Made by a program: the position numbers and the translations under genes
Notes under the pieces: model-generated
Databases searched by the model: none
What the model saw: the letters and a program-made list of their open reading frames with translations, nothing else
Told to the model about the DNA's origin: nothing
Origin: an uncultured Candidatus Saccharibacteria bacterium
GTDB lineage: Bacteria > Patescibacteriota > Saccharimonadia > Saccharimonadales > UBA7683
Reading direction: 5' to 3'
DNA length: 38,616 nucleotides
Assembly (NCBI GenBank): GCA_964643895.1
Contig: CAZXUE010000006.1
Span: forward strand, 5,989-44,604
Shown: positions 16,993 to 26,259 of the stretch, in pieces
How the letters are laid out: each line of letters starts with the position of its first letter
How positions within the stretch are numbered: the stretch's first letter is position 1

Positions 16993-17928
16993 TTAGATAA
17001 GATGGGGTAAGACAAAACTGACCATCATTGGGATATAGACGATTGCAAAGATGGTGCTCGTAAATACGATCAATGCAGCGCGCTCTGGTTCAGCCTTGAG
17101 GAATGAGGCGTACGCAACCGTATTGGCGGCAATTGGTACAATCGCCATCAAGAATGCGACTTGATACACACCGTTGGCGTTGATGAAAAGATGCGTATAT
17201 TGTCGGTCAATGGAGATCAAAGCGATCACAACAACTGGCCAAACTATAAACTTTGGTACAAACGACCTCACGATAACTCTGAAATCAAGATGTGCCTTGG
17301 TTAATTCACTCAGTGCAAGCCCCACTAATAGTGAACCGAGCAAAACGTAAGCACCCCTAAAGTTTGGGATAAATTCGGCGTAGACTGGCCCTAGCTTAAT
17401 ATTGAGTTGCTGTATGATAACCGCCGCAACAAACGCATACAACACAGGTAAGCGAAGGAGTTTGTGTAGGCTTTCTTTGATGCCGTGTTCACCTTCTGCA
17501 ATCAGCACAAATCCAACGGTGGTCTCATAAACAAGGTAGCCGAATATGCAGAGTACGACCAAGCCGATAACCTCTTCGCCAAATAGTGCAAGCGCAACAG
17601 GCAAACCAAAGTAGCCCGTATTGCCCGAGCCTGCTGCAAAGGCAAGCATGCCTCTCATCTTTTTGGGCTTCACTCGAGAGTTCAAAAAATATGAAGTAAG
17701 CGCGATACCGGAGCATAGGCAGAAGAAAATAACGGGCAGCAAGAGAGTTTCTTTTGTGAGCTTGGTTGTATAGACAGAGTTGAAGATAACCACTGGCGCA
17801 ACGAGGTAAATGAGTAGACTTGAGACTGCCTCTTTCTTAACTGAGAGCTTTCTACCAATAATAAATCCTGCACCAATCAGCGCATATATCGGAATGAGCT
17901 TAGCAATAAAGTTAAGGAAAAGTTCCAT
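16993..17928 (-). CDS. AEC (auxin efflux carrier) family transporter
   Basis: 311 aa with about 10 TM helices and the two-half architecture typical of the membrane transport protein / AEC family. Its ATG overlaps the aspS stop (TAATG). Confidence 0.75.
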   Translation of the reverse strand: MELFLNFIAKLIPIYALIGAGFIIGRKLSVKKEAVSSLLIYLVAPVVIFNSVYTTKLTKETLLLPVIFFCLCSGIALTSYFLNSRVKPKKMRGMLAFAAGSGNTGYFGLPVALALFGEEVIGLVVLCIFGYLVYETTVGFVLIAEGEHGIKESLHKLLRLPVLYAFVAAVIIQQLNIKLGPVYAEFIPNFRGAYVLLGSLLVGLALSELTKAHLDFRVIVRSFVPKFIVWPVVVIALISIDRQYTHLFINANGVYQVAFLMAIVPIAANTVAYASFLKAEPERAALIVFTSTIFAIVYIPMMVSFVLPHLI

Positions 17929-19241
17929 TACGGCGTTAACCGGTTGATGTCGCGAGGAAAGAGAGTGGCCTCTTTCACGTTGTTGAGACCGATGATTTTT
18001 TGGGTGAGACGCTCTAGGCCAAGACCGAAGCCGCCATGAGGCGGCAGGCCATATTTGAAGGCACTGAGATAGTGTTTGAAGCCTGGGTTATCCGGCTCAA
18101 CACCAAGCTTATCTTTGAGTTGTTGCACCAAAACTGGATAGCGATGTTCGCGCATTGGGCAAGTCATGATCTCGACACCTCTAAATAAGAAATCTGAGCG
18201 CTCGGCTAAATCTGGCTTGTCTTCCATCTTTTTATGATAGAACTTCATTTCGTCTGCTGGCCACTCGGTGACAAAAACAGCCTCGATACCAAGGTTCTTT
18301 TTGGCGTACTCGCAGATCCACTTTTCTTCAGCAGGGGTGAGATCTTTTTTGTCCTCAACTACTGTTTTATTGTGCTTTTCAAACAACTCGTGCACCTCAC
18401 CAAGCGGGATTGAAACTGCGTGTTCGCTTAAGACTGGCTTGCTGGTGTTCCAGCGTTTCAGTTCGGTTTCGTAGCTTGCCCAGACATCATTAACAACTCT
18501 AACGAGCAGCTGGTGAGCAAACTCACGCAGCTCGTCGAAAGTTATAAAACCTAGCTCGGCATCGATTGTGATGTATTCGGTCATGTGACGAGTAGTAGCG
18601 CTGAGCTCAGCACGATAGGTTGGATTGGTTTCGAAAACACGCTCAAAAACGCCAACCATCATCTGCTTATAAAACTGGGCAGATTGCGCCAGAGTTGCAG
18701 TTTTGCCAAAATAATCGAGCGTGAAGGTTTCGGCGCCACCTTCTGTGGCCTCTGCTAACAGCTTCGGGGTATTCATCTCGGTGAATCCCTGTTCTTTGAA
18801 ATACTGTCGTGCCGATTCAAGTACCTTGGCTTGTATTTTAAAGATCGCGGTTTCCTGTAAGTTGCGGAGGCCGATTGGTCGGTTATCAAAAAGTGTGTCG
18901 AGGTTTTCTGGCTTGTGGCCAAGAGGCTTGTCTATTTCTATAATCGGCTCGTCAGTGACAGGTGAAATGATATCAAGCACTGGTTCGTGCAACTCTGCAC
19001 CACCTGGAGCACGCTCATCCTCAAAGACTGTGCCGGTTACGGCAAGAACTGTCCCGATTTGCAGGCCGCGGAGCTTTTCAACTTCGTCTTTATCTTCTAC
19101 CAACACCTGAACCAGACCCTGTCGATCGCGTACGTTAATAAAAGTCAGTCCGCCCATGAGACGTTTTTTGTGGAGCCAGCCTTTTATCGTTACTTCTCTT
19201 CCAATATATTGTTTTACTTCGCCGCTCAGCGTTCGTGTCAT
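17928..19241 (-). CDS. aspS: aspartate--tRNA ligase, archaeal/eukaryotic type (class IIb)
   Basis: OB-fold FINVRDRQGLVQVLV, class II motifs, YLSAFKYGLPPHGGFGLGLERL and the C-terminal FPRDINRLTP. I place the start at ATG 19241 (MTRTLSGEV) rather than at the ORF-track start 19307. Confidence 0.85.
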   Translation of the reverse strand: MTRTLSGEVKQYIGREVTIKGWLHKKRLMGGLTFINVRDRQGLVQVLVEDKDEVEKLRGLQIGTVLAVTGTVFEDERAPGGAELHEPVLDIISPVTDEPIIEIDKPLGHKPENLDTLFDNRPIGLRNLQETAIFKIQAKVLESARQYFKEQGFTEMNTPKLLAEATEGGAETFTLDYFGKTATLAQSAQFYKQMMVGVFERVFETNPTYRAELSATTRHMTEYITIDAELGFITFDELREFAHQLLVRVVNDVWASYETELKRWNTSKPVLSEHAVSIPLGEVHELFEKHNKTVVEDKKDLTPAEEKWICEYAKKNLGIEAVFVTEWPADEMKFYHKKMEDKPDLAERSDFLFRGVEIMTCPMREHRYPVLVQQLKDKLGVEPDNPGFKHYLSAFKYGLPPHGGFGLGLERLTQKIIGLNNVKEATLFPRDINRLTP

Positions 19242-19378
19242 AACGTATTTCCTTATATAAGTTTCTGGTAAATCTTGTGATGCGGGGCTCGAGCGCAATA
19301 AATCCAAGCGTTTTATTCGCCTGCCCGTAAATTCATATTATTCTTTACCAGATGTATCATCGGAGGCTATTATAGCAG

Positions 19379-20284
19379 CTAGTCCTTAACGACACCAATA
19401 AGGTGCTTCATAAGGTCGGCGACTGTTACGATGCCGCTGAAGTTAGTATCGCTGTTGCGTACGAAGAGCAGATACTGCTTCTCACTCAAAAAGGCTTCGG
19501 CGAGCTCGTACAGTGAGGTGGTTTCCTCGACCCACGAGATTTGTGAAGACATTACTTCGCGCACCGTTGAGCGTTGCTTAGCCTGTTGGATATCGGAAAG
19601 ATCACTTAAATCAAGGAGACCTTCTGGTTCACCTTTTTTAGTAGCGACTGGAAAGTAGCCGTGGCCGCTTTTTTGCAGATCACTGAGCACAATCGGACCC
19701 AAAGTTGATGAGGGCTCAACCATGGTTACGCGCCGTTTTGGCGTCATGATATCTTTCACGGTCTTCTCGCTTGCAGTAAGCAGCAACTCTACACGCTGTC
19801 GTTCCGCGGGTACGAGCACCGTGCTTGGCAATGTTCTCACAGTATCAATGAATTCTTCTCGAGATTGCAGCTTCCGTTCGCTTAGTAGTGGAAACGCAAC
19901 ATACTTCAGAATAAACTGGAGCTGTGTGGCTAGCTTACATACAAACTCGTAGTGGAGTTCAAAAAGTGAAGCAGCGATATTTGAGAGAATTGAGAGTTTT
20001 GAGACAAAGTAAAGCACAGCGATTCCGGCAAGTGCGTACAGCAGACCAGCTAGCGATTGTTCGAGATACACCAGCAGTCCGGCTGTGGCGGCTATCAGCA
20101 CGGCCTGATCAAACACGCGAAGTGTCGCAATGCCCTGGTAGTTTTTATTTACGAGTTTTTGTACTTTGTTATTGCTCTGTCGCAATTCAAATGGCGAGAC
20201 GTAGTAGCGCCGAAGATCGAGTGCAAAAAAGTAAAGCAGCGCGGCCATATCTATCCCCAACACCACCCAGAGAACAGTTCTCAT
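19379..20284 (-). CDS. CNNM/CorC-like membrane protein with a CBS pair (DUF21-CBS type)
   Basis: N-terminal TM region followed by TVKDIMTPKRRV and a second CBS-like repeat (VREVMSS...VTVADLMKHL). The CorC_HlyC C-terminal domain is absent. Confidence 0.7.
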   Translation of the reverse strand: MRTVLWVVLGIDMAALLYFFALDLRRYYVSPFELRQSNNKVQKLVNKNYQGIATLRVFDQAVLIAATAGLLVYLEQSLAGLLYALAGIAVLYFVSKLSILSNIAASLFELHYEFVCKLATQLQFILKYVAFPLLSERKLQSREEFIDTVRTLPSTVLVPAERQRVELLLTASEKTVKDIMTPKRRVTMVEPSSTLGPIVLSDLQKSGHGYFPVATKKGEPEGLLDLSDLSDIQQAKQRSTVREVMSSQISWVEETTSLYELAEAFLSEKQYLLFVRNSDTNFSGIVTVADLMKHLIGVVKD

Positions 20285-20367
20285 AAGAATGATTGTATCT
20301 GCTTAAACTTTTTTTGCAAACAGTCGAAAATGCTATACTAAATGTACTACAAGATACGAGGAGTAAT

Positions 20368-21039
20368 ATGAATAGATTTTGGATTGTTCTAACAATAGTA
20401 GTTGTGGGTCTTATTGCCGCATTTGTCTTTACTGGCAAAGAGAAGAACCAGCAAAGTACTTTTAGCGGTGACGCTACTAAAATTCAGGAGGAAGACCACG
20501 TTATGAAGGCCCCGAACGAAAAAGTAGTTTTGATTGAATACGGCGATTACCAGTGCCCAGCGTGTGGTGCTGCATATGCACCAATAAAAGCAGCTGTTGA
20601 GCAATTGAAAGATCAAGTAACCTTTGTTTTTAGAAACCTGCCGCTCACTTCGCTTCATCCAAACGCTTTTGCAGCCGCCCGTGCAGCTGAAGCTGCTGCT
20701 AAACAAGGAAAGTTCTGGGAAATGCACGACCGCTTATATGAAACACAGAACTCATGGGGCAATGTTGCAACCAATCAGCAAGCGCTTTTTGAAGGTTATG
20801 CCGAGGAGCTTGGGCTTAATATGGAACAATTTAAAACCGACTATGCGAGTGAAGAAACCGCAAACCGTATTAATCGAGATGTAGCGAGCGCGAAATCTGG
20901 TTTTAACGCCAGCGGCACTCCTACGCTTATCTTGAATGGTGAGAAGATTGAAAATCCAACCAGCACCACTGATGCCTACGTAAAAGTTCTTACTGAAGCC
21001 ATTACAAAAGCGGGCGGCTCTGTACCCGCCGCTGAGTAG
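20368..21039 (+). CDS. DsbA-family thiol:disulfide oxidoreductase (membrane-anchored)
   Basis: CxxC active site YQCPACG in a thioredoxin-fold context, with the N-terminal anchor FWIVLTIVVVGLIAAFVF. The start is placed at ATG 20368, which has AGGAG upstream. Confidence 0.8.
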   Translation: MNRFWIVLTIVVVGLIAAFVFTGKEKNQQSTFSGDATKIQEEDHVMKAPNEKVVLIEYGDYQCPACGAAYAPIKAAVEQLKDQVTFVFRNLPLTSLHPNAFAAARAAEAAAKQGKFWEMHDRLYETQNSWGNVATNQQALFEGYAEELGLNMEQFKTDYASEETANRINRDVASAKSGFNASGTPTLILNGEKIENPTSTTDAYVKVLTEAITKAGGSVPAAE

Positions 21040-21076
21040 CAACTTATACAAAGATTAGCAGTTAAAGGAAACAAAC

Positions 21077-22768
21077 ATGGATGGTGATGCACTCTTTATA
21101 CAACTAAGTCTTGTCATAGCACTCGGCGCAGGTTTGGCTGTTGTGATGCGTTTACTACGCCAGCCGCTTATTATTGGTCATATTATCACCGGCATCCTGG
21201 CTGGCCCGGCTGTTTTTAATATCATCAAAGACGACCACGGGTTTAGCTTTTTAAGCACTTTTGGCGTGGCACTTCTGCTGTTTATAGTTGGGTTGGAACT
21301 GAGTCTGAAGATCATTAGCCGACTCAGCAAGGTGGTATTCATCACCACCTTTGTGCAAATGAGTGTTATAACCATTGCCGGAGCGTTTGTGGCTCGGCAA
21401 CTCGACTTTGGCCGGCTGGAATCGCTCATTATCGGTTTGTGTCTCAGCATGAGCAGCACGATTATTATCGTTACCCTGCTACAACAGAAGAAGGAACTCA
21501 TGCGCTTGTTCGCTCAAATTGCTGTTGGTGTGTTAATTTTGCAAGATCTCGTGGCCACCGCTGGTAAAATTACTCTCTCAGCTCGTTCAGCCGGCAGCAC
21601 GCCGCTTGAGGTTAGCCTGCTCTTTGGTCGTGGTATATTCTTTGTGCTGCTACTCTATGTTGTAAGTAGGTATCTTCTGCCACGATTGGCTAAGTTCCTG
21701 GAATCTTCAAAAGAACTTTTGCTGGTGCTTTCAATTGGCTGGGCCCTCGGAATCTCCGTATTGTTCGCCAAAATTGGTTTTTCGTTTGAAGTCGGTGCAC
21801 TACTTGCCGGCATGAGTATGGCCGGGCTTTCTCTCAGCCACGAGGTTGCCTCGCGACTACGGCCAATGCGCGATTTCTTCATTGTGGTTTTTCTTATTAC
21901 GCTTGGCCACAGCCTGGCGCCGGCCCAGATTACAGAGGCACTTCCAGCAGCACTGGCGTTTTCACTGGTAGTGATTATATTAAAACCTTTTATCATTCTC
22001 GTGACACTCGGCATACAAGGCTATACAAAACGAGCCAGCTTCAAAACGGCGGTTGCCCTTGGCCAAATTAGTGAATTCTCATTAGTATTTGTGGTAGCAG
22101 CCGCCCATCATCAGTATGTGAGTGAGCAAGTGCAGGCTGTGATTGGCCTTACCGCACTGATTACCTTCGCCATCTCAACCTACCTGATCAAATACTCTGA
22201 CAGCTTGTATACACTGTTTGAAAAACATCTGAAATTGTTTGAGCGAAAAGTTACCCAGCTTGAGCAAAAAAGCACCATGCAAACCTACAGCGTAGTGCTG
22301 TTTGGTTACCGAAAAGGTGGTGCTGAATTTATTCGCACCTTTACCCACATGAAGAAGCGGTTTATAGTCGTTGACTACGACCCCGAGGCTATTGAGCTGA
22401 TTGAAAAACAGCATGTGAACTTTCTGTATGGTGATGCTACCGATGCCGAGCTGATTGAAGAGTTGCAGCTTGATAAAACCAAACTGGTAGTTTCGACAAT
22501 CAGCGATTTTTCTGCCAACGAATTTTTAGCCCACTGGCTGAAGCAGCATAACCCGGGCGCAGTATTCGTAGCATCGGCTGAAGACGCCTATCATGCAGCA
22601 CATCTTTACGCCGAAGGTGCAGCTTACGTTATGATGCCGCACTTCATCGGCTCCGAAAAAATTAGTACATTCATCAAGCGAACCGGCTTCAAAAAATCCG
22701 AGTTCAACAAATTCCGAGAAAAACACCTCCAATACCTCGAAACCCACTATGCGGAAGAACCTGCTTAA
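21077..22768 (+). CDS. monovalent cation:proton antiporter (CPA2/Kef type) with C-terminal RCK/TrkA-N domain
   Basis: About 12 TM helices of the Na+/H+ exchanger type, followed by a soluble Rossmann-like segment VVLFGYRKGGAEF..FIVVDYDPE..LYGDATD. Confidence 0.8.
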   Translation: MDGDALFIQLSLVIALGAGLAVVMRLLRQPLIIGHIITGILAGPAVFNIIKDDHGFSFLSTFGVALLLFIVGLELSLKIISRLSKVVFITTFVQMSVITIAGAFVARQLDFGRLESLIIGLCLSMSSTIIIVTLLQQKKELMRLFAQIAVGVLILQDLVATAGKITLSARSAGSTPLEVSLLFGRGIFFVLLLYVVSRYLLPRLAKFLESSKELLLVLSIGWALGISVLFAKIGFSFEVGALLAGMSMAGLSLSHEVASRLRPMRDFFIVVFLITLGHSLAPAQITEALPAALAFSLVVIILKPFIILVTLGIQGYTKRASFKTAVALGQISEFSLVFVVAAAHHQYVSEQVQAVIGLTALITFAISTYLIKYSDSLYTLFEKHLKLFERKVTQLEQKSTMQTYSVVLFGYRKGGAEFIRTFTHMKKRFIVVDYDPEAIELIEKQHVNFLYGDATDAELIEELQLDKTKLVVSTISDFSANEFLAHWLKQHNPGAVFVASAEDAYHAAHLYAEGAAYVMMPHFIGSEKISTFIKRTGFKKSEFNKFREKHLQYLETHYAEEPA

Positions 22769-22789
22769 TATATTTGCTATCCTAAGAGC

Positions 22790-23494
22790 ATGAATATATC
22801 AAATAAAATAGTAATCGACAGCTGGTCCGAGTTTAGCGAGGAAGATCTTAAACGGTTTGGCGATGATGGAGACTTCGCTCGGCAAGAACTTATTGACCCC
22901 GTTATATTTCAAATGCTGGGAGCTACGAAAGGGCTGAATATTCTAGATGCTGGTTGTGGCAACGGCTACTTATCGCGAAAATTGGCGCGTGCAGGAGGAA
23001 GTGTAACTGGCGTAGAACCCGCGGCAAGCCTCTTTGAGTACTGTGCTAGGAAAGAGCGAGAAGAAAGTTTAGGCATCACTTACTTTCAGCATGATCTTGC
23101 CAATCTAGATTTCGCTAAGAATTTTGATAAAATTCTTGTTATTAATGTCTTGATGGATATTCCCGATTACTTTGCAGCCTTAAAAAACTGTGTACGGGTG
23201 CTCAAAAAAGGTGGCGACGTCATCATCTCTATTCTACACCCGGCGTTCCCGGGCTTTGAGGCAGATTGGCAAAAACTCGGGCATGTAGAAATAAGCGAAT
23301 ACTTTAACCCCAAGCCCACAAAACAACGCTACGGCCACCTTTTTATGAGACCCATCTCAACCTACCTGAATGACCTTATATCGCTCGGTTGCGTGATTAC
23401 GCATGTTCACGAACCACGGCTTGCGGATAATAAGTCTCGTTCCAGAAACGCACATGTACCGCAATTCTTGATCATTCAAGCGAAAAAACAATAA
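22790..23494 (+). CDS. class I SAM-dependent methyltransferase
   Basis: Motif I ILDAGCGNGYLS, with the post-I acidic residue in VTGVEPA and motif LKKGGDVIIS. Confidence 0.8.
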   Translation: MNISNKIVIDSWSEFSEEDLKRFGDDGDFARQELIDPVIFQMLGATKGLNILDAGCGNGYLSRKLARAGGSVTGVEPAASLFEYCARKEREESLGITYFQHDLANLDFAKNFDKILVINVLMDIPDYFAALKNCVRVLKKGGDVIISILHPAFPGFEADWQKLGHVEISEYFNPKPTKQRYGHLFMRPISTYLNDLISLGCVITHVHEPRLADNKSRSRNAHVPQFLIIQAKKQ

Positions 23495-23542
23495 ATAGCC
23501 GCTACCCTGCTGAAGCTTGATCCTCAAGCAATAATACTGTCG

Positions 23543-24193
23543 TTATTGCAAGATTGCTTGCACCGCCCTGATCACTGGGGTTCGTGCGTTTTTGGTAAAG
23601 TCGTGATTGGCAGGAAGTGTTATTGCTTTTGAGGGTACGATGTTGAAATGGGTTTCGCCTAAAATTTCGTCATTTGCGGCCGTAATAATCGTGAGTTTAC
23701 TCATTTGAGCGAGTGCCTGATAGCATTCCATCGCATCAATACTACCCAGGCTTGACCAGTACTGCGCTGGGATGATCGTAGTGCTTCCATCTCTTCTTGT
23801 TACTTTTGAGATAGCCTTAAAGTTGATAGTGCTGTTCGGTCGATTGCGAAACAGGTCCGCAAATTGGTCAATATCGGTATTGTCGGGCGGAGCAAGAAAG
23901 ATAATACTGCGCACACCTCTTGGGTTGGCAAGTGCTGCCGCTAAGCAGCCCTGCGAATGGCAAATGAGATCAACGGTTTCATATTTTGTACGAGCGAGCC
24001 TTATCTGTTCGCTTAATAGGCCCGCCTGTTGATTGAGCGTTGCAGCGGTGAGCGTGTTCTCTTCAATATTTATCTGATTATAGTCAAATTGTACGTGCTC
24101 AAAACTAGGTAGGGCTTCGGCGATATCAGTGAATAATCCCCTGTCATCCTTTTGAACACCAAATCCGTGTGAATAAATTATCGCTTGCATCAC
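23543..24193 (-). CDS. alpha/beta hydrolase fold protein
   Basis: Nucleophile-elbow-like CHSQGC, the N-terminal oxyanion region YSHGFG, and about 216 aa. The substrate is unknown. Confidence 0.6.
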   Translation of the reverse strand: MMQAIIYSHGFGVQKDDRGLFTDIAEALPSFEHVQFDYNQINIEENTLTAATLNQQAGLLSEQIRLARTKYETVDLICHSQGCLAAALANPRGVRSIIFLAPPDNTDIDQFADLFRNRPNSTINFKAISKVTRRDGSTTIIPAQYWSSLGSIDAMECYQALAQMSKLTIITAANDEILGETHFNIVPSKAITLPANHDFTKNARTPVIRAVQAILQ

Positions 24194-24206
24194 TTTATAT
24201 TCTATC

Positions 24207-25625
24207 TTATTTTCTACCGAAGTAGAGGATGCCCGTGATCATCCAGAAGGCGCAAATGCCGGCAGCGATGGCGGTGAACATTGGCAAACCAATGGTGATA
24301 ATAGCGGGCATGGAAAGGGCGGTAATGATACCACCCCCCACGAAGGGTTCAAACATGAGCTGCTTAAACCCGAAGCTTTCGGCAGCGTTAGTTTTATCAT
24401 TTGGGTCAACCATGTGAAGAAACAGTAAGCCCGTGGCGGTCATGCCCATACTCTGCGCCGCATTAACAATGGCATTTGGGAACCAGTTCTTTTTGAACAT
24501 GTGCCGTGCAAGAACCAGAAATCCAAATAAAATCCAGAGAATGCCGGTAGCGGCCAGCACCAAGAAGATGCCAATATTATTACCTATTGTATTGAGCGAC
24601 ATTGTCGCAACCGCCGTAGCAATCAAAACACTGAGTGCAATGCTGCTCAGTAGCTCCACTAATGGGCGAGAGGTCTGAAGACCAAGTTTTGACCAAATAA
24701 CCTGCGCCACCATACCACCAAACATACAGAACGGGAAGAACGGTACATAGCGCAGCGCTGTTACATCATGTCTTCCCCAAGTGAGATCTTCTATTTTTAG
24801 TAATCCCTGATAAATCAGCCAGCCGAAGAAAACACTCAAACCAATTAAAATAATGTGGCTCACAATCCATTTTGGCGTTAAATGTTCACGAAGCTTGATT
24901 CCCCGCTTGTTGAGCTCATGAATAATACGGCGGTGATAAATGCGCTCGCGCAGATTTGTTTTGTAAACTGCTTTAATGTGCCCGCGACGGCGGCCCCAAT
25001 TAACCATCAGCACTCCACTGATAAGCGCTGTGCATAAACTGAGTGTTGCCAGACCAAGCGCAATTTCCTGCCCATCACGAAAACCAAGATTATTAAAGAC
25101 CGGCGACAAGCCCGAAACTGTACCGTGGCCGCCTTCAAAGCTAATCTCGATTAATGCGGCAGTGATATCGCGTGTTTTAAAGAACGGGATCAATACCAGC
25201 ATGGTTACTAAACCGCCGAGCGCATACTGGCCCCACGCCAACATTTGCCCAAAGGCTACTTGTGGGCCAGCCAACTTCCACATCTTTTTAAGCGGAAAGA
25301 GCGGCCGGGCCAGGAACAAGCAGGCAAACACTACATTAATGAGCTGCTTTGGTAATAGTCTCCAAAATTCATAAAACGTGGCATTTAACTGCCAGTCAGG
25401 AAAATGGTTGCCAGCAATTTGTGGCCCAACCAGCAACAACAAAAAACCGGCCACCAAAGAACCAGGCAAATAGGCGCGGCTAATTAACGGCAAACGAACA
25501 ATCAGATAGCCTGCCATCAAGAATCCCCCGATCACGAGGAGTGAATATGTTTGTGTTGCGATCACAGAGGTAGTATAGCATAAGCGGTTTGATAATTCGT
25601 TGATAGCAGATCGTTTATCGAACAA
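24207..25625 (-). CDS. sodium/glutamate symporter-like (GltS/ESS family) membrane transporter
   Basis: Polytopic protein with two homologous halves. FEGGHGTVSGL resembles the conserved GGHGT of GltS. The start codon is uncertain (TTG at 25625 in the ORF track). Confidence 0.55.
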   Translation of the reverse strand: MFDKRSAINELSNRLCYTTSVIATQTYSLLVIGGFLMAGYLIVRLPLISRAYLPGSLVAGFLLLLVGPQIAGNHFPDWQLNATFYEFWRLLPKQLINVVFACLFLARPLFPLKKMWKLAGPQVAFGQMLAWGQYALGGLVTMLVLIPFFKTRDITAALIEISFEGGHGTVSGLSPVFNNLGFRDGQEIALGLATLSLCTALISGVLMVNWGRRRGHIKAVYKTNLRERIYHRRIIHELNKRGIKLREHLTPKWIVSHIILIGLSVFFGWLIYQGLLKIEDLTWGRHDVTALRYVPFFPFCMFGGMVAQVIWSKLGLQTSRPLVELLSSIALSVLIATAVATMSLNTIGNNIGIFLVLAATGILWILFGFLVLARHMFKKNWFPNAIVNAAQSMGMTATGLLFLHMVDPNDKTNAAESFGFKQLMFEPFVGGGIITALSMPAIITIGLPMFTAIAAGICAFWMITGILYFGRK

Positions 25626-25659
25626 AAACGAACCACGACCACCAACTTACAAACTAGTC

Positions 25660-26259
25660 CTACATATAAAGCTGATGGGAGGCACAGTATTGATACACGG
25701 CATCGGGTAAATCATTTGCGGCTTGTTGAGCAGCAATTACCTCGCGGATCTTTTTTGAGCTAATGTGCGGATGATGATTTTCAATTAAACGAATTGCCGG
25801 TGAGAACCCGAGTGCAGCCAGCTCTTCTAACTTTTCATCAAGCCATGCTTTTGTGTGGTCGTCTCGTAGTGCCACTATAAACCCACCGTATTCATGCTGT
25901 GCAGTGATGGATTGCCACCGCTTCATATGTTCAAAGACATCTGAGCCAACTAAAAACCAAAATTCGTTTTCCTTACCATAATGTGTACGTGCAACAGTTA
26001 GCATGTCTTGCATGGTATGCTGATGCGCCAGCTTATTTGAAAACTCGTAGTCATGGTCGACCTCTGATACACTTTCGGTCGCGCGCTGAATCATGGCCTG
26101 GCGATGGTCCCAGCTGGCAAACGGCTTCTTGCGGTAAGGGTTTTTCTCAGCTACAATTATCACCTTTTCAAGGTCAGATTCCGACACAGCTTTGATCGCA
26201 AACGCAATATGCCCAGTGTGAATGGGGTCAAATGTCCCAGCAAAAATTCCTATCTTCAT
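25660..26259 (-). CDS. nadD: nicotinate-nucleotide adenylyltransferase
   Basis: GIFAGTFDPIHTGHI (HxGH motif) and the C-terminal ISSKKIR (ISSTxIR-like). Its ATG overlaps the upstream gene's stop (ATGA). Confidence 0.85.
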   Translation of the reverse strand: MKIGIFAGTFDPIHTGHIAFAIKAVSESDLEKVIIVAEKNPYRKKPFASWDHRQAMIQRATESVSEVDHDYEFSNKLAHQHTMQDMLTVARTHYGKENEFWFLVGSDVFEHMKRWQSITAQHEYGGFIVALRDDHTKAWLDEKLEELAALGFSPAIRLIENHHPHISSKKIREVIAAQQAANDLPDAVYQYCASHQLYM